A stretch of 64,000 nucleotides of DNA from Polyangiales bacterium. GTDB taxonomy: Bacteria > Myxococcota_A > Polyangia > Polyangiales > JADJQN01. Under the pieces are notes generated by a model. The model was not told the DNA's origin and searched no databases. It saw only the letters and a program-made list of their open reading frames with translations. The DNA is taken from contig CAXNJO010000005.1 in NCBI GenBank assembly GCA_964202905.1, positions 96,001 through 160,000 of the forward strand, read 5' to 3'. The position numbers and the translations under genes are program-made. This document shows, one piece after another, positions 21,431 to 29,519 of the stretch (the stretch's first letter is position 1; every line of letters begins with the position of its first letter).

Positions 21431-21585
21431 TCAACGCGGCGCGTGGAAGGGCCCGGTGATCTCGTAGGTGAGACCGCCGTCGCCGCCGCGCTGCGAGCTG
21501 AAATAGAGGCGTGTGCCGCTCGGGTCGAAGGCGGGGCCGGTGATCTCGGAGCCCTCCTGGCCGACGACCTGCACGAGCGCGCGCC
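21431..21585 (-). pseudogene. C-terminal remnant of a PhoX/DUF839-family phosphatase
   Basis: LVQVVGQEGSEITGPAFDPSGTRLYFSSQRG..TYEITGPF resembles the PhoX-family C-terminus; no N-terminal part is present. Confidence 0.65.
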
Positions 21586-21683
21586 ACCCCCGCTGCCGTC
21601 GACGGGGGCAACACACTCGCGTCACCGCGTCCGTGGGCGCCGCGCGCGCTGCGAGCGCTCCGATGCCGCCCGGCGAGGCGCGC

Positions 21684-21703
21684 ACAGCCAGCCGGCTGGC
21701 TGT
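21684..21703. repeat. Perfect 20-bp palindrome ACAGCCAGCCGGCTGGCTGT, copy 1
   Basis: Read directly; intergenic; identical to the copy at 25271..25290. Confidence 0.9.
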
Positions 21704-21732
21704 CATGGCCCCGCGACGCCGACCTTCGCCTG

Positions 21733-22914
21733 CTACGTCCCCGGCATCGTCGGCGCGCAGCCGAACTCAGCATGCTCCGGGATGCCATCGCCATCCGTGT
21801 CCGTGTTCACGAGCTCCGCGCAGCTCGGCCACGGCGTCTCGTTCGTGCCATCGCCGTCCGCATCATAGAGACGCCCCGTCCGGTCGAAACAGACGCCGAT
21901 CCCCGTGAGGCGCGAGTCCGTTGGATCCGCCGCGAAGGTGGCCGCAAACACACAATCGTTGGGAGGAGCGCCGGCCCCACGGTCGGGGCACGCATAGGGG
22001 GGCACTCCCGCCGCCCCGTCCGGGGCACCCGCATGCGTCTCGACGGGGCGGCACAAGGCGGTGCAGAGCGTCGTCGCGCGATCGAGCGACGAGAAAAAGG
22101 GGATGAATCCGGCTGCGCACGCGTTGACGTAGAGGGGGCCCTCGATGGGATCACCGTGCACGCGCGTCGAATACGCCGCCGCACAGGCGAACGCACCATC
22201 GCTCAACGAGCCGAAGCAGCCTCGACCGGGGCCGCAAGCGCTGCCGTCGAGACGAAGCTGCGTCACCGGATCACACGTCTCGCTGCAGAGACCCGCGATC
22301 GAAGTGCCCCCCCTCGTGGGCACGAACAGGCCGACGTACGTCACACAGAGATCGTCTCCGCAGCTCGACGGCGTCGAGGGGTCGCAAACGCGCTGACAGA
22401 CCCCGGACAGACAATGAAGCCCGCGGGCGCAATCGTCATAACCGGTCGCCTCCCCGTCCGGTCCAACGGTGCAGGCGCCCCCATCGACGACACGGCCGGC
22501 AGGCACGCATCGCAGGGTCCCCTGGGCGAGGTCCGTCGAGGTGACGACCCACGCGCAGCGCTCGTCGGGGGCACAACCCGCGTGGTCGATCGGGCTGCAT
22601 CGAAGGCCACCGAGATCGGCCACGTTCATGTCCTCGATCCCGGCATCACCCGGCCCCGCCTCGCCCGGCCCCGCGTCGGCCAGGCCCGCATCCACGGCGC
22701 CCGCGTCGACGATCCCCGCATCCGCCGCTCCGCACTCGCACGGCCCGAACCCGCTGCCTGCTGCGTTGCAGACCTGCCCGCCTGCGCAGCCCCCGACACC
22801 AATGCACGCCACGGACACGCCGGAAACGCAACGCGGCTCGGGATCCGATGCGCAGCTGGAAAGGACGAGCGCCAAGGAGAGGGCACCGACGAATGCGACG
22901 CGGAGATGGTTCAT
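21733..22914 (-). CDS. Cys-rich lipoprotein, hypothetical
   Basis: LALVLSSC lipobox, DAG-repeat linker, many Cys, DADGDG/DTDGDG Ca-binding-like motifs. Confidence 0.75.
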   Translation of the reverse strand: MNHLRVAFVGALSLALVLSSCASDPEPRCVSGVSVACIGVGGCAGGQVCNAAGSGFGPCECGAADAGIVDAGAVDAGLADAGPGEAGPGDAGIEDMNVADLGGLRCSPIDHAGCAPDERCAWVVTSTDLAQGTLRCVPAGRVVDGGACTVGPDGEATGYDDCARGLHCLSGVCQRVCDPSTPSSCGDDLCVTYVGLFVPTRGGTSIAGLCSETCDPVTQLRLDGSACGPGRGCFGSLSDGAFACAAAYSTRVHGDPIEGPLYVNACAAGFIPFFSSLDRATTLCTALCRPVETHAGAPDGAAGVPPYACPDRGAGAPPNDCVFAATFAADPTDSRLTGIGVCFDRTGRLYDADGDGTNETPWPSCAELVNTDTDGDGIPEHAEFGCAPTMPGT

Positions 22915-22960
22915 GGCAGGGTTCTCATCTTATGCCTCACAACGGACTCGGGTGCATCGC

Positions 22961-25204
22961 TCAACGCCCGGCGCGCAGCGTCAGGGAGAGCGTGACGGTC
23001 GCGCCCGGCGCGCCAGCAATCTGAAGAAAACCCACACCGTTGGGCGCACGCAGGGATTCGCCGACGGAGAGCTCCGATTCCCACGCGACGACGGCGAGAT
23101 CATCCCAGCCGAGCACGCCTTCACCCCGCGCGGGCGGCTCGTGCTCGAGGAAGAAACGGAGCGCACGTGGGTTGGCCATCGGGTCGTCTCCGGTCGTGAC
23201 GTCGGGAGGTACCCGCAGCGGCGCGCTGACCATCGTCCAATCGAAGGTGCCTGCCGGGAGCGTGGCAATCCGCTCACCACCAAACTCCGCATCTCCCTCA
23301 CTCGCGTAATACCTCGCACGCACCGCGGACGCGCCGGCGCCCTCGCCGCGCACCCAACCCACGAACGAGAGATCGCGATTCGGTGTTTGAAGCGAGTCGC
23401 CGGGCACGCGCACGCGGTTGCGAAAGGCGACGACCGCCGGATCGCGACTGCCGGCCGCACGCACCATGCAGAGGCCCTGCAGGCCGCGGCGCGCGTGGCG
23501 CAGACAGGGCTCGCTGTAGATCGAGGTGACGTCGTAACGCGACGCTTCGCCGACGTCTTCGTCGACGTCGTCGTCCTCGAAGGTGCCGTAGACGAGGATA
23601 TCGCTGCCGCGACGCACGCTCGATGCACCCGGTGCCGCATCGAGCCGCGCGACGCTCTCGCCCGGCGCGAGCACGTCACGAAGGTCGACGACGCCGACGC
23701 CCTCCGCGCCCATCCGCGCCTCGACCGTGACGCTGCGCTCCGCGGGCGCGAACGTCGCTTCCTCGGTGCGTGCGACGAGCAGGCGACCCGCCTCGAGGGC
23801 GAACGACACCGAGGGATCCGAGTATTGCGCGATGCGACGCAAGACCGCGTCGGCGATCGGCCCCACGGCGAGGCGCGGGCGGTAATCCTCGAGATAGATG
23901 GGATAGGCCACGACGTGCCGCTCGCGCGTGGAATCGAGATCGGCGAGTACGACGAGGCCGAGCATCGTCTCGTGACGATCCTGATCGAAGGTGAAATTGC
24001 CGAGTGAATGCACCTGCAACACGCCTGCGTGAACGCTAAAGCCCTGCGCGACGTGCGGGTGGTGGCCGATGACGATCAGGGCGCCCGACTCCGCCGCCAA
24101 ATCGAGGCGCGTACGGGTGTAGTCGGTCGGCTCGACGGTGTACTCGACGCCCGTATGAAGCTGCGCGATGGGCAGACGCCCGAGCGCGCGCTCGCCCTCG
24201 ATGACGGCCCGCACGCGGTCCGAGTCGTTGAGGTCGGCCGCGCCTCCCTGCGTGTCGGAGGCGTTGTAGCGAATCGCGTGCACCTCTCCGCTCACGGAGC
24301 TCGCGCCGACGAAGGAGAAGGGGAGTCCGCCGATCTCGGTACGCCACGGAATGAAGGCTTCGTCGGGCGTGCGCCCCGCCCCGGAATAGCCGATTCCAGC
24401 GGCGTCGAGCGTCGCACGCGTATCCATCAGTCCACGCTCGAGATAGTCGTAGACGTGGTTGTTGCCGATCGAGACGAAGGTCACGCCGAGACTCTCGAGC
24501 GCGACGAGGGAGGCAGGGAGCGTGAAATAGCAATACGGCTTCGTCGGGTGCGGCGTCGCGGGCTCGAGGGTGAGCACACTCTCGAAGTTGAGCACGGGGA
24601 AATCGCTCGCCGCGAAGAGCGGCGCGATGCGCGAGACGGCGTCGAGGCTGCCGGGACCGGGGTCCGACACGCGCACGAGCGCGCTCGGGTCGTCGGGCGG
24701 GAAGCTGTAACGATCGGTGAGCTCGAACGGGTCGAGGAAGCGCCGCGCGAAGCTCGTGTCGCCGGCGAAGGCGAAGCGCACGCTGCCGTCGTCGCGTGTG
24801 ACCGTGAGCGCGCCGAGCGCGATGGCGACTTCGCTCACGGGGCGCGCAAGCCACGCCCCGAGGCGCGTCGTGCGCAAGCCCGCGCCCGTGATCGTGAGCC
24901 ACGCGTTGCGCCGTGGCGCCTCGAGCGCGAAACGGCCGTCCGCGTCGGTCGTCGCGCGCACCTCGCCCACCGCGACGTCCGCGCCGGGCACCGGTGTCGC
25001 GTCGGGCAGCACCACGCGCCCCGTGACGGCGATGGAACGCGCGGCCAGCGATTCGCGCGCGAGCGCATCGACGACCAGAACCGCAGGCACCTCGGGCGCC
25101 GCCTCCTCGTACGGCCCCTCGAGGCAGCCGACGAGGCATGCGACGAGGAGCCCGAAGAGTGTCGCGCCCGCGAGTCGCATAAACCGAACATAGGCGCGGT
25201 TCAT
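22961..25204 (-). CDS. CapA/PgsA-family metallophosphoesterase lipoprotein with carboxypeptidase-regulatory-like N-domain and a C-terminal beta domain
   Basis: FAGDTSF, NFESVLT, GNNHVYDY, YSGAG, LHTGVEY, IGHHPHVAQG, HSLGNFTFDQ; LVGC lipobox. Confidence 0.85.
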   Translation of the reverse strand: MNRAYVRFMRLAGATLFGLLVACLVGCLEGPYEEAAPEVPAVLVVDALARESLAARSIAVTGRVVLPDATPVPGADVAVGEVRATTDADGRFALEAPRRNAWLTITGAGLRTTRLGAWLARPVSEVAIALGALTVTRDDGSVRFAFAGDTSFARRFLDPFELTDRYSFPPDDPSALVRVSDPGPGSLDAVSRIAPLFAASDFPVLNFESVLTLEPATPHPTKPYCYFTLPASLVALESLGVTFVSIGNNHVYDYLERGLMDTRATLDAAGIGYSGAGRTPDEAFIPWRTEIGGLPFSFVGASSVSGEVHAIRYNASDTQGGAADLNDSDRVRAVIEGERALGRLPIAQLHTGVEYTVEPTDYTRTRLDLAAESGALIVIGHHPHVAQGFSVHAGVLQVHSLGNFTFDQDRHETMLGLVVLADLDSTRERHVVAYPIYLEDYRPRLAVGPIADAVLRRIAQYSDPSVSFALEAGRLLVARTEEATFAPAERSVTVEARMGAEGVGVVDLRDVLAPGESVARLDAAPGASSVRRGSDILVYGTFEDDDVDEDVGEASRYDVTSIYSEPCLRHARRGLQGLCMVRAAGSRDPAVVAFRNRVRVPGDSLQTPNRDLSFVGWVRGEGAGASAVRARYYASEGDAEFGGERIATLPAGTFDWTMVSAPLRVPPDVTTGDDPMANPRALRFFLEHEPPARGEGVLGWDDLAVVAWESELSVGESLRAPNGVGFLQIAGAPGATVTLSLTLRAGR

Positions 25205-25269
25205 CGCGAAACACCAGCGGCGAAAGAGGAGTCGCACCCCGATACCGCCGCGAAGAAACCGAGAGTACC

Positions 25270-25291
25270 GACAGCCAGCCGGCTGGCTGTC
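25270..25291. repeat. Perfect 22-bp palindrome GACAGCCAGCCGGCTGGCTGTC, copy 2
   Basis: Read directly; intergenic, about 65 bp upstream of the CapA-family start. Confidence 0.9.
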
Positions 25292-25340
25292 ACGTGTCCT
25301 CGACGCGTCGCCGCACTTCCGGGTGCCGGCGCGCGACGGA

Positions 25341-25847
25341 CTAGATCGGCGAGCAGAACCCGCCGCGGCAGACACCCACCGAGCACGTATCAACCGGACA
25401 GCAGGGCAAGGCGACGAAACCGCACATCACACACGTGCCGCCTGCGCAGGCCAGCCCGGCGTTGCACACCCCTCCCGCACAGCAGGGTCGCACGTTCGCG
25501 CCACAGCTGACGCAGGTGTCGAAGACACACGCCTCGTTCATCGCGCACGTTCCTCCGCACGGCGGCGGCGGGGGAGGCGGCGGTGGCGGCGGTGGCGGCG
25601 GAGGCCCGAGATCCGGTGGCCCGAGATCCGGTGGCCCGAGATCGGGCGCGCCGAGATCGGCTGGGCCGAGGTCCATCGCGCCCGCATCGCTCCCTCCGAG
25701 ATCGACGGGCGATGTCGAGCCGGCATCGAAGCCCGCGTCGACACCCGTTCCGCGGGCCAGCCCCACGCGGTCGACGGCGCACGCAGCGAGCACCGCGCAC
25801 AGCGCGAGACCGATGGCGATGGACGGCGGCAGGCGATGCACCGGCAT
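25341..25847 (-). CDS. Small Pro/Cys-rich lipoprotein
   Basis: VLAAC-AVDRVG lipobox, GPPDL repeats, poly-Pro run, Cys-rich C-terminus. Confidence 0.7.
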   Translation of the reverse strand: MPVHRLPPSIAIGLALCAVLAACAVDRVGLARGTGVDAGFDAGSTSPVDLGGSDAGAMDLGPADLGAPDLGPPDLGPPDLGPPPPPPPPPPPPPPPCGGTCAMNEACVFDTCVSCGANVRPCCAGGVCNAGLACAGGTCVMCGFVALPCCPVDTCSVGVCRGGFCSPI

Positions 25848-25972
25848 GGACGTAGGCGCGAAGTTCGCACGGGTCCACCGACACGGCAAAAGGCGGTTCG
25901 CGCCTCGACTTTCCTCGGCAGTGACACCCCACACGAACGAGGCTATTCCTCCAGCTGCGAGCGCAGAGCCAC

Positions 25973-26590
25973 GTGTCCCCTCGAGCCACCGACGAAGCGC
26001 GCCGCGCACACATGGAGCTCGCCATCGCGGAGGCCGAGCTCGCGCGGGGCGCGACGGGCGACAACCCCTGGGTCGGCTGCGTGATCGTGGACGCCGCGGG
26101 CGCGGTGGTCGCGCGCGGCTACACGCGCGGGCCGGGCGAGGACCACGCGGAGATCGTCGCGATGCAGGAGGCGCGGGCCGCGGGCGTCGACCTCGCCGCG
26201 ACGACGCTCTACTCGACGCTCGAGCCCTGCGCGTTTCATGGGCGCACGCCGGCGTGCGCGCGCGCGATCGTGACGGCCGGCGTGCGGCGCGTCGTCACCG
26301 GCATCCTCGACCCGAACCCGCGCGTCGATGGCGCGGGCTTGCGGATCCTGCGCGAGGCCGGGGTCGAGGTCGTCGAGGACGTCTGCGCCGACGCGATCAC
26401 GCAGCAGCTCGCGCCCTGGCTGCTCTCGTTCCACCCGCACGAGCCGCGTCGCCGCGCGCGCGCGCTGCTCACCGCACCTGGGGGCGACGTGCGCGACGTC
26501 GTCGCGCGGATGACGGCGCTCTACGGACTCGACGCAGCGACGGCGGCCGCGCTCGTTGACGACGCGCACCGCGACGCGGGCGCACCGTGA
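25973..26590 (+). CDS. Stand-alone RibD-type deaminase domain
   Basis: NPWVGCVIV, HAE, TLEPCAFHGRTPAC, DPNPRVDGAG; no reductase domain. Confidence 0.85.
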   Translation: MSPRATDEARRAHMELAIAEAELARGATGDNPWVGCVIVDAAGAVVARGYTRGPGEDHAEIVAMQEARAAGVDLAATTLYSTLEPCAFHGRTPACARAIVTAGVRRVVTGILDPNPRVDGAGLRILREAGVEVVEDVCADAITQQLAPWLLSFHPHEPRRRARALLTAPGGDVRDVVARMTALYGLDAATAAALVDDAHRDAGAP

Positions 26591-27772
26591 CGCGGCGCCT
26601 CGATCAGGAGGATTCGTCACGCCTCGCGTTCGACGCCGACATCGTCGAGGTCGACGCGAGCGGCCTGCGCGTCGTGCTCGATCGCACGGCGTTTCATCCG
26701 ACGGGCGGCGGTCAGCCCCACGACACCGGGACGTCTCGCGGGCGTGCGCGTCGTCGACGTGATCGACGAAGACACGCGCGTCGTGCACGTGCTCGCAGCG
26801 CCGCTTCCACGCGGATGTCGCGGCACCGTGCGCGGCGAGATCGACGCCGCGCGTCGCCGCGACCACACGCAACAACACTCGGGGCAACACCTGCTCTCGG
26901 CGATTCTCGCCGATGCCTTCGCGCGGCCGACGGTGAGCTTCCACCTCGGCGCGACGCACGCGACCATCGATCTCGCGGGCGAGCCGCTGACGCCCGCGCA
27001 CTTCGCAGACGTCGAATCACGCGTATTTTCCGCGATCACGGCGAACGTACCGGTGAGTTCACGCGTGTGTGAAGGCCCCGTCGCCGGCCTGCGCAAACCG
27101 AGCGAGCGCGGTGGACCGCTGCGCGTCGTGACGATCGAAGGGCTCGACGTGAACGCCTGCGGCGGCACGCACGTCGCGAGGACGGGGGAGCTCGGGCTGC
27201 TGCTGCTGCTCGGCGTCGAGAAGGTACGCGCGCACACGCGGCTCTCGTTCGTCGTGGGCGATCGCGCGCTCACGCACGCGCGTCGCGATGCCACCCTGCT
27301 CGCGGAATTGAGCGCGGCGTGGGGCAGCGACGCCGCGCAGGCCGTGAGCGCAGCGATTCGCCAGCGTGCGCTGCTCGCCGAGCGCGAGCGGCGCATCGAC
27401 GCGCTCGAAGCGGAGCTCGGTGCGCTCGACGGCGCAGCGCTCTACGCCGCGACGCCCGACGATGCCGCCGGGCGGAAGCTGCTGATGCGCGAGGTCGATG
27501 GACCGCTCGACGCGCGTCTCCGTGCGACGGTCGACGCGTTCACCGCGCTGCCACGCACGGTCGCGCTCGTCGGGAGTCGGAGCACGCGCGCGGTCCTCGT
27601 CGCCGCATCCCCCGATGCGGGCCTCGACGCGGGCGCCACGCTGAAAACCGAGCTTGCACGCGTGGGCGGACGCGGCGGCGGCAGCGCGACCCGCGCGCAG
27701 GGAAGCGCGCCGGACGACGCGCGCTTCGACCTCGCGCTGCGGGGACTTCGCGCGAGCGTCGACATCCCGTGA
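26587..27772 (+). CDS. Alanyl-tRNA editing protein, AlaX-L type with DHHA1 tail (frameshift near 26735)
   Basis: LDRTAFHPTGGGQPHDTG, HTQQHSGQHLLS, CGGTH, GGRGGGS. Confidence 0.85.
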
Positions 27773-27815
27773 GGCGTCGCACGAGCGGTTCCACCAGCCG
27801 GATTCGCGCACGCTG

Positions 27816-27853
27816 GCACAACGTGACACCTCACGTTCTGCGTTTTTTGTTTA
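27816..27853 (+). terminator. Probable intrinsic terminator
   Basis: Stem GCACAACGTGA-cacc-TCACGTTCTGC (one mismatch) followed by GTTTTTTGTTT. Confidence 0.6.
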
Positions 27854-27866
27854 GTTTTGACGCGGC

Positions 27867-28595
27867 ATGATTACTGCTTCGCAATTCTCCATGCACACCC
27901 CGCGCTTCGTATTCCTCCTCGCCTCTGCGTGGCTCCTCGTCACCGCCTGCCAGCCCTCAGAGGACGGCCCGACAGACGCCGGAGCGGACGGCGCGGATGG
28001 CGGAGCCGACGCGAGTCCATGCAACGATCCGCCGCAAGACACGCCCCCGCCGCCCACCGTGGACTCACGGCAGACGGTGACCTTCCACGTATCGGGCAAC
28101 GGACTCCTCGTGACCGGAGCCAACGGGCCGTGCGCGCCGCTCTCATTCTCGAGCGGCGCGGACACGCTGACGCTCGTCGGTGCCTCCGAGTGCGGCTGCG
28201 AATGCTCGCCCCCAATTGGACCGTCGGTCGGCCAGCTCGTCCGCCTCGGCACGTACGACATGGTCTGGGACGCGCGTGCACTCGTCAGCAGCTATCGCGC
28301 GCTCGACTGCACGCGCCCCGGCCCGTGGGGGCCCATCTGCAGGAGGACGCGCCTCGACGGCAGGCAGCCCGTCCCCGCCGGCCGTTACACCGCGCGCTTC
28401 GCCATCGAAGACACGCTCCCCGAGGTCTGCACGAGCACGGGCGGCACCCCCGAGACCTTCTCGTGTCGCGACCCGGGTATTTACCGCGACTTCGGCGGCG
28501 GACAGTGTCGGGCCTCTCGCTACGTCGACGTGGAATTCGATCTCCCAGAGAGCGGCGACATCGAGATCGACGTCGTGATCCCGTCGCCCACGTGA
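27867..28595 (+). CDS. Hypothetical lipoprotein
   Basis: LLVTAC lipobox, DAG linker, Cys-containing beta domain. Confidence 0.65.
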   Translation: MITASQFSMHTPRFVFLLASAWLLVTACQPSEDGPTDAGADGADGGADASPCNDPPQDTPPPPTVDSRQTVTFHVSGNGLLVTGANGPCAPLSFSSGADTLTLVGASECGCECSPPIGPSVGQLVRLGTYDMVWDARALVSSYRALDCTRPGPWGPICRRTRLDGRQPVPAGRYTARFAIEDTLPEVCTSTGGTPETFSCRDPGIYRDFGGGQCRASRYVDVEFDLPESGDIEIDVVIPSPT

Positions 28596-28634
28596 GTCAG
28601 CCCGCGCCCAGCGCGGATGCATCTGGGCCCCGGG

Positions 28635-29423
28635 TCAGCGCCCCGAAAAGCGCGCCGCGCGCCGCTCGAGGAAGGACTGCACGCCCTCGCGCGCGTCGTC
28701 GCTCGCGAGGATCGGCGCGAGATCCGCGAGCAGACGCGCCGCGGCCGCAGCCTCTGCATCGGCGAGCGCGAGGCGCGACGAGGCGAGCGTCGCCTGCACG
28801 CCAAGCGGCGCCTGCGCGGCGATGCGCTCGGCGATCGCGACGGCACGCTCGAGCTGTGCGCCCACGGGCACGACCTCCTGCACGAGGCCGACGCGGTGCG
28901 CCTCGCGCGCGTCGAGCTCGTCGCCCGTGAGGAGGAAGCGCATCGCGTTGCCCCAACCGAGCTCGCGCGGCATCCGGATCGTCGCGCCGCCGACGGGGAA
29001 GATCCCGCGCTTCACCTCGATCTGCCCGAAGCGCACGTCCTCGGCGGCGACGCGCACATCCGTCGCGAGGAGCAGCTCGATGCCGATGGTGAAGCAGATG
29101 CCCTGGAACGCGCCGACCATCGGCTTGCGACACGGGCGCGTGGCGTAGCCGAGCGGGTCGAGCGCGCCCTCCGGCACGCTCCAGGTGCCGCTCGCGAAGA
29201 CGGGCGCCCACTGCGCGAGGTCGAGCCCCGCGGTGAAGTGCGCGCCGTGCGCGAAGAGCACGCCGCAGCGCAGCTCGGGGTCGGCGTCGAGCTCGGCGTA
29301 CGCGCGCGAAAGTGCATGAAAAAGCGGCAGATCGAAGGCATTTCGCTTCGCCGCGCGATCGAGGCCGACGAGCAAGACGTGCCCGCGGCGCTCGGTGGTG
29401 ACCTTCCCCTCGTGCTCGCTCAT
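28635..29423 (-). CDS. Crotonase/enoyl-CoA hydratase family protein
   Basis: C-terminal part of ORF 28635..34430: LDRAAKRNAF, FTAGLDL, GIELLLATD, EVKRGIFP, DAREGVQSFLERR. Confidence 0.92.
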   Translation of the reverse strand: MSEHEGKVTTERRGHVLLVGLDRAAKRNAFDLPLFHALSRAYAELDADPELRCGVLFAHGAHFTAGLDLAQWAPVFASGTWSVPEGALDPLGYATRPCRKPMVGAFQGICFTIGIELLLATDVRVAAEDVRFGQIEVKRGIFPVGGATIRMPRELGWGNAMRFLLTGDELDAREAHRVGLVQEVVPVGAQLERAVAIAERIAAQAPLGVQATLASSRLALADAEAAAAARLLADLAPILASDDAREGVQSFLERRAARFSGR

Positions 29424-29519
29424 GGCTCCTCCGCGGACGCGCCGCGCAGGCAGCGTCGCACGAAGCCGCGCGGCGCGACCAGCCGCGGGCGCTGCGTGCG
29501 CGGCTGCTACGCTGCGCGC

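Noticed and set aside
21369..25900. Integron cassette array
   Set aside because: No integrase, and the palindromes lack the RYYYAAC/GTTRRRY ends and bulged structure of attC sites.
27813..27830. Sigma-54 promoter (TGGCAC)
   Set aside because: No TTGC -12 element at the correct spacing; the sequence is better explained as a terminator stem.
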